A stretch of DNA of 64,000 nucleotides from Anaeramoeba ignava BMAN (Eukaryota > Protista > Anaeramoebae), in NCBI GenBank assembly GCA_028826165.1, contig JAPDFW010000147.1, forward strand, positions 310,001-374,000. Reading direction: 5' to 3'. The translations under genes and the position numbers were made by a program. The notes beneath the pieces are model-generated. The model saw only the letters and a list, made by a program, of their open reading frames with translations, was not told the origin of the DNA and made no database searches. Of the stretch, positions 1 to 13,100 are shown in pieces. How positions within the stretch are numbered: the stretch's first letter is position 1; each line of letters opens with the position of its first letter.

Positions 1-2062
1 AATCAAAATCAAAATTTAAATCTAAATCTAAATTTAAATCTAAATCAAAATCTAAATCAAAATCAAAATCAAAATCAAAATCTAAAGGAAATAAATTTAA
101 AAATCAAAAATTCAAAATCAAAATCAAAATCTAAATCTAAATCAAAATCAAAATCTAAATCTAAATTAAAATCTAAATTTAAATCAAATTTTTAAATCCA
201 AATTTAAATCTAAAATCAAAATCTAAATAAAAATCAAAAATCAAAAATAAAAAAAATCTAAATAAAATAAATCAAAATCAAAATCAAAATCAAATGAAAA
301 ATAAAAGTAAATTTAAATCCGAAAAATCTAAATCAAAAATCGTAAATTAAAAATTTAAATCAAAATGGGGAAAAAAGACTAAATACTAAATCTAATAAAT
401 TTAAATTAAATTTAAATCAAAATTGTTAAATTCTAAATAAAAATTAAATGTAAATCTAAATCAAAATCAAAATGCAAATCTAAATCAAAATTAAAATCTA
501 AATCAAAATCAAAATCAAAATTTCAAAAATGTAAATAAAATCGAAACCATCAAATTTTGAAATTTGAAAATTTTGCCAAAATGATCAAATCAAAAATTTA
601 AATCGAAAATCGTCATTTTCAAAATCCAAATCAAAAATCCAAATCCATTTTTGTTCTTCAAAGCAAAATTTAAAAATTCAAAATGCACGGAATTTTTCAA
701 ATCTAAATCAAAAATCAAAATCAAAAATCAAAATTCGTTTTGCTTTTAAATCGAAATCAAAAAGAAAAATCAAAATCAAAATCCCAAAATGGAAATCAAA
801 ATCCAAAATGAAAATCGAAATCAAAATCAAAATCTAAAATCAAAAATAAAAATCAAAAATCAAAAGAAAAATCAAAATCAAAACCCAAAATTCATTTTTC
901 TAAATTTAAATGCAAAATTAAATGATTTTCTAAATCATTTTCTAAATGCAAATTTTAAATTTAAATTTAAAATTAAACCGTTTTCAATTTGCAACCTCAA
1001 ATCTAAATCTAAATTAATGGAAAAATCTAAATTCCAAATCAAAATCCAAATCAAAAAGGAAATCCAAATTTTCAAATCAAAATCAAAAAAAATTTAAATC
1101 TAAATCAAAATCAAAAATGCATAATTTTTAAATCTAAATGTAAATCAAAATTTTTGTTCAAATCTAAATCCAATTTTAAATCCAAAAATTATAAAATGCA
1201 AAATCTAAATATAAATGTAAATCTTGTGTTTGTAAATCGTTTAAAATAAAATCAAAATTTCAAATATAAATCAAAATCAAAAATCAAAAATCAAAATCAA
1301 AATCAAAATCAAAATTCATTTCAAAATCAAAAAATCAAAATAAAAATCAAAAAAAAAATGAAAAATGAAAAATTTTTCCTTTCAAAAATCTAAATCAAAA
1401 TCAAAATTAAATCAAAATCAAAATCTAAATCAAAAATCAAAATTTAAATCAAATCAAAATCAAAATCAAAAATAAAAATCTAAATCTAAATCTAAAATAA
1501 ATTTTAAATTTAAATCTAAATCTAAATCTAAATCTAAATCTAAATCTAAATCTAAATCAAAATCAAAATCAAAATTAAATCTAAATCTAAATCTAAATTT
1601 AAATCAAAATCAAAATCAAAATCTAAATCTAAATCAAAATCAAAATCTAAATCTAAATCTAAATCAAAATCAAAATCTAAATCTAAATCAAAATTAAATT
1701 AAAATATAAATCAAAATCAAAATATAAATCAAAATATAAATCTAAATCTAAATCTAAATCTAAATCTAAATCTAAATCTAAATCTAAATCTAAATCAAAA
1801 TTTAAATCTAAATCTAAATTTAAATCTAAATCTAAATCTAAATCTAAATTTAAATCTAAATCTAAATCTAAATTTAAATCTAAATCTAAATCTAAATCTA
1901 AATCAAAATCAAAATCAAAATCAAAATCAAAATCAAAATTTAAATCTAAATCTAAATATAAATCTAAATATAAATCAAAATCAAAATATAAATCTAAATA
2001 TAAATCTAAATCTAAATATAAATCTAAATATAAATCAAAATCTAAATCTAAATCAAAATCAA
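1..2062. repeat. Hexamer microsatellite tract (AAAATC/AAATCT/AAATAT)n, degenerate at ~250-1400
   Basis: Direct tandem hexamers; the same units fill introns elsewhere in the window. ORF 789..1097 is repeat read-through. Confidence 0.9.
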
Positions 2063-2084
2063 ATTTAAAAAAAATTATTTTTTA

Positions 2085-2143
2085 TTTTTCATTTTTCATT
2101 TTTCATTTTTCATTTTTCATTTTTCATTTTTCATTTTTTTTCA
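2085..2143 (+). promoter_or_regulatory. Tandem TTTTTCA (Initiator-like TCAT) array upstream of the lipase ATG
   Basis: About 8 copies ending just before ATG 2152. The same motif occurs, gene-oriented, upstream of most genes in the window. Confidence 0.55.
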
Positions 2144-2151
2144 TTTTTTTT

Positions 2152-5100
2152 ATGTTTGGAAATACTTGGAGAAAACTTACAACTTCAGTTGAAAAAATTG
2201 TTACAACAGGAAAAAAAATTATTCAAGAGCAATTTCAAGATGATTTAGAAGAAGAAAATTCAAAAGAAAAAGAAAATTCAAAAGAAAAAGAAAATCCAAA
2301 AGAAAAAGAAAATTCAAAAGAAAAAGAAAATTCAAAAGAAAAAGAAAATTCAAAAAAAAAAGAAAATTCAAATCAAAACTCAAATCAAAAAGAAAAAGAA
2401 AAAGAAAATTCAAATCAAAACTCAAATCAAAATTCAAATCAAAATTCAAATCAAAATTCAAATCAAAATTCAAATCAAGAAATTAAAGAAGAAAATTCAA
2501 AAGAAAAAGAAAATTCAAAAGAAAATTCAAAAGAAAAAGAAAAAGAAAATTCAAATCAAAACTCAAATCAAAACTCAAATCAAAATTCAAATCAAAACTC
2601 AAATCAAAATCCAAATCAAGAAATTAAAGAAGAAATTAAAGAAAATTCAAATCAAAATTCAAATCAAAATTCAAATAAAAATTCAAATCAAAATTCAAAT
2701 AAAAATTCAAATCAAGAAATTAAAGAAGAATCTAAAGACAATTCCTCAATATTTTCAGATGTTGGAAATATATTCAATTCATTCAAAAAAGGTTTTAGTG
2801 ATATATTTGAAGAAACAAAAAAAGATTCAGGAAAAGTTTATAATTTTTTCAAAGATGAAATATCCAAAAAAAAAGATTTTCTTCATCAACAAAGTCAAAA
2901 ACTAATATCAACAATTAATCCAGTATTTGAACCAGCTCAAGAATTTATTGAATTTGTTTCGTATGATTTATTAATATTAAGAAGATTATTATGATAAAAT
3001 TGGAAAAATTAAATCAAAAAAAAATTTCAATGAAAAAAATATAAATATATTTATTAGAGAAATGGGTTATTCTATTGAACAACATACAGTTTTTACAGAA
3101 GATGGCTATCATCTTTGTTTATTTGAAATTGAAAAACCGGAATTAAATTTAGAAAACCAATCAGATAACAAACCAGTAGTTTTATTACAACATGGAGTTT
3201 GTGATACTGCATTTTCTTGGGTTATTAATAAAAAAGATTCATTAGCAATAATTTTAGCAGATCAAGGGTTTGTTATTTTAGATCAATTTTTCATTCAAAA
3301 TTTAAAATATTTATTTCTAAATTTAAAATATTTATTTCAAAATTTAATATATTTATTCAAATTTAATATATTTATTCAAATTTAAAATATTTATTTCTAA
3401 ATTTAAAATATTTATTTCTAAATTCAAAATAATTATTTCTAAATTTAAAATAATTATTTCAAAATTTAAAATATTTATTTCCAAATTTAAAATATTTATT
3501 TCTAAATTCAAAATAATTATTTCTAAATTTAAAATATCAATTATTTCAAAAAATTTTAAAATATTTATTTCCAAATTTAAAATATTTATTTCTAAATTTA
3601 AAATATTTATTTCTAAATTTAAAATATTTATTTCAAAATTTAAAATATTTATTTCAAATTTAAAATATTTATTTCTAAATTTAAAATATTTATTTCCAAA
3701 TTTAAAATAATTATTTCTAAATTTAAAATAATTATTTCAAAATTTAAAATATTTATTTCTAAATTTAAAATATTTATTTCAATTCAAATTTAAATCCAAA
3801 ATTTTAAATAATTATTTCCAAATTTAAAATATTTAAAATTGAAAATTGAAAATTGAAAAGATATAAAGTTTTCATTGCAAATTCAAGAGGAAACTCAATA
3901 AGTACCGGACATGAAATTTACGAAATGAAAGATGTTGAATATTGGAATTTTGGATGGCAACACATGGCAGAATATGATGTTCCAGCAAATATCGACTACA
4001 TTCTCGAATTCACAAAAGCCAAGCAATTAACATACATTGGACACAGTCAAGGAACAACACAAATGTTTGGAGCATTAGCATTTGAAGCACAACAAAAACT
4101 AAATCAAACAAACGAAGAAAACAAACGGAAATTTGAAATTTCATCCAAAATCAATCTTTATATTGCTCTTGCACCTGTTTGCTATGTAAAACATATAACA
4201 AACCCATTTTTAAGAGCACTTTCCAAAATCAAATCGGAAGATTTATTACTAAAATATGGATTTAAAGAATTCAAAACAAGTTCACCATTAATTCGTAAAT
4301 TTGCAGAAAAAGTCACTTCATCTTCAAAACAAACTTTAAACTCAAATTTCAAAAGATTATTTTCATTGTTTGAAGGATCAATGCTTGACGAAACTAAGTT
4401 TAATTTATATTCAAAATATCTTGGTGGTTCAACTTCTATTCTCAATATGAGACAATGGTCTATTGCTGTTAGAAAAGGAAAATTCCAACGTTTTGATTAT
4501 GGATCTGTTCCTAAAAATATGAAGGCTTATGGTTTTGATGACTTCAAAAATAATAAGCATTTTGATTTCCAAAAAAATCAGTTTAAAACTCAAATTACTT
4601 TTTCAAATCCTCCTGAATATGATCTTTCTTTGCTTCAGAAAAATAATCCTCCTTTAGCTATTTTTTATGGTTCCATTGACCAACTTAGTGATTTGAAAGA
4701 TGTTGAAGAATTTCTTTTGACAGAATTAGGTTTTGCTCCTTTTTTTGTTCAAAAAAATATAGGTTTTGCTCATTTAGAGTAATAATTTAATAAATAATTT
4801 AATCAATAATTTAATAAATAATTTAATCAATAATTTAATTAATAATTTAATTAATAATTTAATCAATAATTTAATAAATTTTTGATCCACTTTTTTTATT
4901 TTTATTTTTATTTAGTTTTACAATAGGAACTCAAGCAAAAGAAAAAATTTATTCAAAAATTCTTGAATTAATTCAAATTGTTCAAGAAAAGAAAGAAGAA
5001 AAGAAAGAAGATTCAAATCAAGATTCAAATCAAAATTCAAATCAAGAAATTAATCAAGAAATTAATCAAGATTCAAATCAAGATTCAAATCAAAATTTAA

Positions 5101-5483
5101 ATCAAAATTCAAATCAAAATTCAAATCAAGAAATTAATCAAAATTCAAATCAAAATTCAAATCAAGAAATTAATCAAGATTCAAATCAAAATTTAAATCA
5201 AAATTCAAATCAAGAAATTAAAGAAGGAATTAATCAAGAAATTAATAAAGAAATTAATCAAGATTCAAATCAAAATTCAAATCAAAATTCAAATCAAGAT
5301 TCAAATCAAAATTCAAATCAAAATTCAAATCAAAATTCAAATCAAGATTCAAATCAAAATTCAAATCAAGATTCAAATCAAAATTCAAATCAAGATTCAA
5401 ATCAAAATTCAAATCAAGATTCAAATCAAAATTCAAATCAAATTCCAAATCAAAATCCAAATCAAGATTTAAAAGAAAATTAA
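2152..5483 (+). CDS. Acid lipase / steryl-ester hydrolase-like alpha/beta hydrolase with N- and C-terminal low-complexity (KENS/NSNQ) extensions; exons 2152-2960, 3058-3267, 3861-4778, 4916-5483
   Basis: GT-AG introns join EMGYSIEQHTVFTEDGY, LLQHG, LADQG|YKVFIANSRGN, the GHSQG nucleophile motif, IALAPV and AHLD|F (catalytic His); stop TAA 5481-5483. Confidence 0.9.
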
Positions 5484-5721
5484 AAGAAAATTAAACTTTT
5501 TGAACAAAACTTCTAAACTAAATTCAATTCAAATTTTTTTTTTTTGATTAAAGAAAAACATTAAGAATAAACAAATTAAAGAGTTGAAAATCAATTTTTA
5601 TTCCTTTGAAAAATCAAAAAAAAAGTGTTTTTTTTGGTAATCAATTTGTAAAAAAAAATGATGTTTTTTTTGAATTTGATTAAAAAAAGAAAGAAAAATA
5701 AAAAAGACTAAAATGATTGGA

Positions 5722-8700
5722 TTAAACCTGATCACCAGTCTTTTGTGAATCTGAATCTTCAATTGAATCAGCTGTGAATATAAGGAAAATATCCAAAATA
5801 ACCTAATTTTATATTTTAATTTTATATTTAATTTTAATTTTAATTTTAATTTTTTAATTTTAATTTTAAATTTTAATTTTAAATTTAATTTTAATTTTAA
5901 TTTTAATTTTAAATTTTAATTTTAAAATTTTAATTTCAATTTTAATTTTAATTTTAATTTTTAATTTTAATCAAAATTTAATTTTAATTTCAAATTTTTT
6001 TAATTTTAATTTTAATTTTAAAGATTCAAATTTTAATTTTTAATTTTAATTTTAATTTTTAATTTTAATTTTAATTTTAATTTTAATTTTATATTTAATT
6101 TTAATTTTAATTTTAATTTTAAATTTATTTTTAATTTTAAATTTTAATTTTAAATTTAATTTTAATTTTAATTTTAAATTTTTATTTTAATTTTAATTTT
6201 ATATTTAATTTTAATTTTAATTTTAATTTTAAATTTTATAAATGAATTTTAATTACCAATGCGATAAACTGAAAAGAAGAGCCAGCAGTATAAGTTCTAC
6301 TTTTTCCAATACAACTTGGTTGACCTACACAATATCCAACATAAATTGTGTTTGTTGCAATTACCAATAAAGCAAGGAAAGGGAAAATTAAAAGATTAAT
6401 AAATGTTCTTGCTTTGTCTGTTAATTTTTGGATTAATTGAAGTGCTAAAAGAATTCAAAAAGAAATAACACAAAAATGCAAACTACAAATTGTAATCCCA
6501 TTGATTTTTTTTCTACTGTAGTAAAAGAACCAAGTGCACTAATTGCAAGAATGAACCCAAACTTTTTAATTTAAAAATAATTATTAAATTAATTATTAAA
6601 ATTATTATTAAATTTATTATTAAAATTATTATTAAAATAATTATTAAATTTATTATTATAATTATTAATAAATTTATTATTAAAATTATTATTAAAATTA
6701 TTATTAAAATTATTATTAAAATTATTATTAAAATTATTATTAAAATTATTATTAAATTTATTATTAAATTTATTATTAAATTTATTATTAAATTTATTAT
6801 TAAATTTATTATAAAATTCATTATTAAATTTATTATTAAATTTATTATTAAATTTTATTTTAAACATTTTAATTTGAATAAATTTTTTTTTGAATTAAAT
6901 TTATTATTTTAAAATTTATTATTAAATTTAATTATTTTTAATTTTATTTTTAAATTTATTATTAAATTATTTATTAAATTAATTATTAAATTTATTATTA
7001 AATTTTTAATTTAATTTTAAATTTTAATTTTATTATTAATTTTATTATTAAATTAATTATTAAATTTATTATTAAATTTATTATTAAATTTATTATTAAA
7101 ATCATTTGTTGAATTAAAATTATTAAATTAATTATTAAAATTATTATTAAATTGATTATTAAAATTATTATTAAAATTATTATTAAAATTATTAAAATTA
7201 TTATTAGCAAGGAAAGGGGAAAATTATTAAGATTATTAAAATTAATTATTAAATTTTTATTAAAATTATTAATAAATTTATTAGAAAGAAAACAAAATTG
7301 ACAAATTTAATTATTAAATTTTTTATTAGTAAAATTTATTATTAAATTATTAAAATGAATTAAACTTTTTATTATTTAAATTTATTATTAAAATTATTAT
7401 TAAATTTATTATTAAATTTATTATTAAATTTATTATTAAAATTCATTATTAAAATTATTATTAAATTATTATTAAATTTATTATTAAATTTATTATTAAA
7501 ATTCATTATTAAATTTATTATTAAAATTATTATTAAAATTATTATTAAATTCCCATTATTAAATTTATTATTAAAATTATTATTAAAATTATTATTAAAA
7601 TTATTATTAAATTTATTATTAAATTTATTATTAAATTTATTATTAAAATTATTATTAAAATTATTATTAAATTTATTATTAAATTTATTATTAAATTTAT
7701 TATTAAATTTATTATTAAATTATTTATTAAATTTATTATTAAAATTATTTATTAAATTTATTATTAAATTTATTTATTAAAATTTATTATTAAAATTATT
7801 AAATTATTAACATTATTAAATTTATTATTAAATTCAATTATTAAATTTATTATTAAATTATTATTAAAATTATTATTAAAATTATTATTAAATTTATTAT
7901 TAAATTTATTATTAAAATTTATTATTAAATTCATTATTAAAATTATTATTAAAAATTATTATTAAAATTATTATTAAATTTATTATTAAATTTATTATTA
8001 AATTTATTATTAAATTCATTATTAAATTCATTATTAAAATTATTATTAAAATTATTAAAAAAAAAAATTATTAAATTTGTTGAATTAAATTCATTATTAA
8101 AATTATTATTAAATTCATTATTAAAATTATTATTAAATTTAAATTATTAAAATTATTAATTAAAAATTATTATTAAAATTATTATTAAAATTATTAAATT
8201 TATTATTAAATTCATTTGTTGAATTAAATTTATTATTAAATTTATTATTAAAATTATTAAATTCATTATTAAATTTATTATTAAAATTATTATTAAAATT
8301 ATTATTAAATTCATTGTTATTAAAATTATTATTAAATTTATTATTAAATTTATTATTAAATTTATTATTAAAATTATTAAATTCATTATTAAAATTATTA
8401 TTAAAATTATTATTAAATTTATTAATAGCATTATTAACATTATGCTAAATTCATTTGTTGAATTAAAATTATTATTAAATTTATTATTAAATTTGTTATT
8501 AAAATTATTATTAAATTAATTATTAAAATTATTAAATTCATTATTAAATTTATTATTAAATTTATTGTTAAAATTATTATTAAATTTATTATTAAATTTA
8601 TTATTAAATTTATTTGTTGAATTAAATTATTATTAAATTCATTATTAAAATTCATTATTAAATTCATTTTATTAAATTTATTATTAAATTTAATAAACCA

Positions 8701-8944
8701 AAATTATTATTAAAATTATTATAAAATTCATTATAAAATTTATTATAAAATTTATTATTAAATTTATTATTAAATTTATTATTAAATTTATTATTAAATT
8801 TATTAATAACATTATTAAAATTATTAAAATTATTTGTTGAATTAAAATTTATTATTAAATTTTTAAAAAAAAGAAAAGAAAAATTTTAATTACAAAATTT
8901 AAACCATGTGCAACTAAAGAACCTAAAAACCAAATTGCTGCCAT
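5722..8944 (-). CDS. Small multi-pass (about 4 TM) membrane protein; exons ~8944-8894, ~6562-6258, 5802-5722; apparent frameshift near 6450-6480
   Basis: MAAIWFLGSLVAHGLNF|FGFILAISALGSF...FPFLALLVIATNTIYVGYC...TAGSSFQFIAL|VILDIFLIFTADS...QV*; canonical GT/AG ends. The exon 2 frame breaks once. Confidence 0.6.
6563..8893. repeat. Intronic 12-mer satellite (ATTAAATTTATT/ATTAAAATTATT)n, ~2.3 kb
   Basis: Direct tandem repeat filling intron 1 of the minus-strand membrane-protein gene. Confidence 0.9.
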
Positions 8945-9075
8945 TTTTAAAAATAAAAGAAAGTAATTTTTTTTTTTTTTAAATTGAAAAAAAAAGTAAA
9001 AAAGAAAATGAAAAAAATGAAAAAAAAAAAAGAAAAAGAAAATTATTTTTTAAATTATTAATCTTTTGAAAAAAA

Positions 9076-10014
9076 TTAGTAATTTTTTATTTTTTTATTT
9101 ATTTTATTTTTTTCTTTTGAATTAAAAGAGGAAGAAAATACATTTTGTTTTAAAAATTCTACTCTTTTTTTTGCCAATTCAAAACATTTTTTAATCTTTT
9201 TTTCAATAATAATTTTACCGCCAGGTTTATAAACTGAACAAATTGAACCATCACTTGAAAAAACAATTGTAAATTGAGAATCCAAAACTTTTTCTTCTTC
9301 TGATGTTGGATCTGCAAGTAAATATTCACGAAAAAAACCAAAAGTAATTGGAAATAAAACATTTCTAATTGGAATTTCAAAAAATTTTTTCTTTTGATCA
9401 TCAATTAAGATCTCAAAAGGTTTTTCATAGCTGTCATTTTTGACAGTTGATAAATTTTCCCCATTTAAAGAATCAATCTTTTCTTCTTGAGAAACCCTGA
9501 ATATTTCTTCGGGTATTCTTGCATGAAACAGAGTCATAAACACAGAAATCAAAGCAGCATCAAAAATTGAACCATCATGATTTAAGCAGTAAACATCAAC
9601 ATTCAAACACAGAACATGATGGGAATCAATTTTGAATAAAGGGTTTTCGAAATCAATCGCGTTAGAGTTTTTAATTAGACGATATATATGCTGCTGGATG
9701 GCTTTATCTTCGTCTGGCTGGGAATCATGTGTAATTTCTGGTGAACAAATTGGAAGAAAATTAACTGATAATTGAAAAATTCCTTGATTTTCTGCATTTT
9801 CATTAATTGCAACTGCCTCTGCTGTCAAAGCGGAAATTACGGATGTCTTTCCTAGTTTCACAATAGATGAGCCATGTGATGTTGTTATTGTTCCTGTTAC
9901 ATATACTATTTTTCGGAAATCTTCCGTTTTTCTGTCATCATTTCTTTTTCCTTCTTTTAATTTTGACTCTAAAAATTCAGTTGGAAATATTGTTCTTAAT
10001 TTCGTAAAATCCAT
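9076..10014 (-). CDS. RRP43: RNA exosome RNase PH-like subunit RRP43/EXOSC8 (intronless)
   Basis: FPTEFLESKLKEGKRNDDRK..DFR, GSSIVKLGKTSV, VDVYCLNHDGSIFDAA, LLADPTSEEE, VYKPGG. Confidence 0.85.
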   Translation of the reverse strand: MDFTKLRTIFPTEFLESKLKEGKRNDDRKTEDFRKIVYVTGTITTSHGSSIVKLGKTSVISALTAEAVAINENAENQGIFQLSVNFLPICSPEITHDSQPDEDKAIQQHIYRLIKNSNAIDFENPLFKIDSHHVLCLNVDVYCLNHDGSIFDAALISVFMTLFHARIPEEIFRVSQEEKIDSLNGENLSTVKNDSYEKPFEILIDDQKKKFFEIPIRNVLFPITFGFFREYLLADPTSEEEKVLDSQFTIVFSSDGSICSVYKPGGKIIIEKKIKKCFELAKKRVEFLKQNVFSSSFNSKEKNKINKKIKNY

Positions 10015-10157
10015 TTTATTTATGAACTTAGTATTAAATCAAAATGATGAAGAAAAAAAATGAAAACCAAAAAAATGAAAATCAAAAAAATTTTTTTGAA
10101 ATTTTAATTTCCTCATTTTAAATTGTTAATTTTGATTTAATTTGATAAGTTTTATTG

Positions 10158-13100
10158 TTATAAATCTTTTAATGTTGAATTTCTGAAACTTTTATTAAGA
10201 TCCAAAATCATTTTGTTTCTTTTTTGTTTAAATATTTTTGAAATTGTTCTTTTTCGATCATTTTCTTCCTCTTTTTCTTTTTCATTTTCTTTCAAAATAT
10301 TTCTTTCATGGATTTTTTGATTTTCATCATTTGAAATTGAAAAAATGGATTGATCAAAATCAGAAGAAATTTTTAAATCTTGAGAAGAATTTTGAAGATG
10401 ATTTTGTTGAGAATTTCTAGCTAAAAAAAAAATAAATAAATTAAAACATTAAATAAAAAAAAAATTTTTTTTTTTTGGATCAATAAATTTTAGTCCAAAT
10501 TTACTTTTTAAACTTAATATTGCTTTCTTTTCATATGCACATGATTTACAAGACTCAAAACTTATAAATTCTTTATCAAATCCAATTTTCCACCAACGAA
10601 CAAAAGTTAACTTTTTGCAAAACTTACATTCTTTTTGAATAAAATTAATTAATTTACTTGAATAAGAATCAAGAAATTTTTTATGTCTTTTCATTTTGAA
10701 CATAAAAACTCCAGTATTCAAAACGGAAAACAATAAAATAACCAGCAAAGTAGCTAAACTTTTAGAAACGAAAGAATAAGTATTTGATTCCAAAAATTCA
10801 GAATCAAAAATTGGTTGAAAAGTCTCAATTGCATCATCACTTACAAAATATTTTTGTGTTAAATCCTTAATAATTGCAGATATTGTCATGTTTCCATTAA
10901 TATAAATTGCGCTCGAATAAACACAAGGTTTCTCAGAAACGCAAAAGGATTTATTGAATCTATAATCAGCAATATTCAAAGAATTTAAATCCATTAAATT
11001 TTGGGGTTTTTCTCCTTCAATATTGCAATATAAAATCACAAGATGATTTTCTTGTGAGAAATTTTGTTCATTTTCTGATAATAAAATTTCAACTGAATCC
11101 GTTGATTGATTAAATTTAATTAAAGGAGTTGGCAATTTCTTTAGGATATGAATTGTAAAATTTTGGATCTCACTATCAACATGATGATCCATAACAACTT
11201 TTGCTTTCAGATCCAAAAAAGATTCTAAAGAAGGATTCGGAAGAGCAAAAGGATTTGAATAAACAAGGAATTCTGAGTTATTAACTGAATATTCAATTAT
11301 TCCTCCATTTGTTGTTGATAAATTGATCATACTTTGAGAGCACACATAAATATTATTATTAATAGTCTCGAGATTGGAAATCACAACTGAACTAATTGAT
11401 TCTTGGAGTATTGAGAAGTTGAATATATTGATGTCACTTGGATCATAACCTTCCAAAAATGCTTGAGTAGTGAGAATTGTATTTTGTGTAATATAAATTG
11501 AACTGGTATTAAAAATTGTAGAAAATTGGCTCACATCTGAACCATCTGTTGTGTATCTAATCGAAATACCAGATAGTTTCTCTGTTTGATTTGTTCCAAG
11601 TGAAATATTTACTGAGATTGAATAACAATTTTCTTCATTATAAATTTGATCAATTGGTTCATAATAAACAGATTCTAGTTGATCTCGAGTGAGGAATATC
11701 CCAGTTGACATTGGACTCAATTGATAATCTACATGTTCTGCAATTATATTGACAATGTATTGATTATTTGGCTTCGTCAAAGTGAAATAATTTGATCCAT
11801 TAATCTTGGGAGATGTTCTAGTTGGTGTTTCCCCCTCAAATTCTATTCTTATTACGGACTCAGGAACACTTTCGTTATTTGGATTGCTGATATAAACACG
11901 AGTTCCTGATGGAATAGTTACGCTGAACTTTCGGGATTCTTCAATTTCATTGATATTTTGTTTTTGTGTGAAAATCAAATTTTCTTGATTCTTAAAAGAT
12001 TTTTCTTCAAATCCAATAAAATGTGGCTGAAGAAGCTGATTTTCTAGATAGACACACTGATTATTCATCAAAACAAACATTGAACCACAAACACAATCTG
12101 AAAAAGAACTGCGAGGATAATTACTTGAGATTGAATATTGAGGGCAAGGAACACAATCTAACAAAGAAGAACTTGCATTTTCAATCAAAATACTTGAATT
12201 CAAAATTAAAGGATCAAATGGAACTCCAATTTCTCCACTTGCGATTGGAACTTGGAAATTATTTACAATAAGAGAGCCAGCATTCGAAGTATTAATCTCA
12301 ATATTTCCATTTGGCAACAAATAAGAATTTTCATCAGCAACAAAAATATTCATCAAAAAAACACCTTTTTCTGTGTTTCCCATTGAATTATAATTATAAA
12401 GTTTTGCCAATGAAATGTTGTATTGTTTCCCAAGATCAAGTGATATTCTCAAGTAACCTGTTATTTGGCTGATAAATTGATCATTTGGATCTGTGCTTGT
12501 GAAATTTCCATCAAATATTCTGTTGCATGTGTTGTTTATCCCTGAAGAATCATCTCCTGCTTCTGTGCAATTTGTCACTTGTATTTTTTCTAGTTTTTCA
12601 TTGAATAATTCAATTTCACCAAATCCTATTTGATCATAATCAGTGCAATTTCCCCAACAAGTTGTTGATTCTAATGTAATGTATCTCCCTTGTAATGTTT
12701 TGATTTCTCCATTCTCACAATCACATTTGCATGGCTCTGTTATATTAATATGTTTTAGTTTGTTCATACATTTTGGAACACATTTATTAGAAGGAATACA
12801 GATTTCTTCTTGAGGATTTTCGCAAATACAAGAACAACTAGAATTTTGAATATTTTTTAATAAATTGAATATTTTTTTGAATATTTTTTTGAATATTTTT
12901 TACTTTTCATCTCTAATTGATCCAAATCCACAAGGTTCATAACAAACTCCTCCACAAATCTCATAAGGTGATGAACATCCAACAGAAATTACATGGTTAG
13001 TTTGGAAAAATCCAACCATTTCTCTTTCTAAAAAATTTGAATGAATCTTGATTTCATCCAAACTTACAAATTCAAGAAAATTTGCTTCGTCTTTTGTTCC

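Noticed and set aside
1-2062. (TTTAGA/TTTTGA)n tract as a telomere
   Set aside because: The same mixed hexamers fill internal introns (e.g. 44330-44700, 46935-47995), and there is no uniform G-rich telomeric unit.
2956-2980. Possible 25-nt GT-AA non-canonical intron in the lipase
   Set aside because: A canonical GT(2961)-AG(3057) intron restores the frame (FVS|EMGY) and fits the family pattern.
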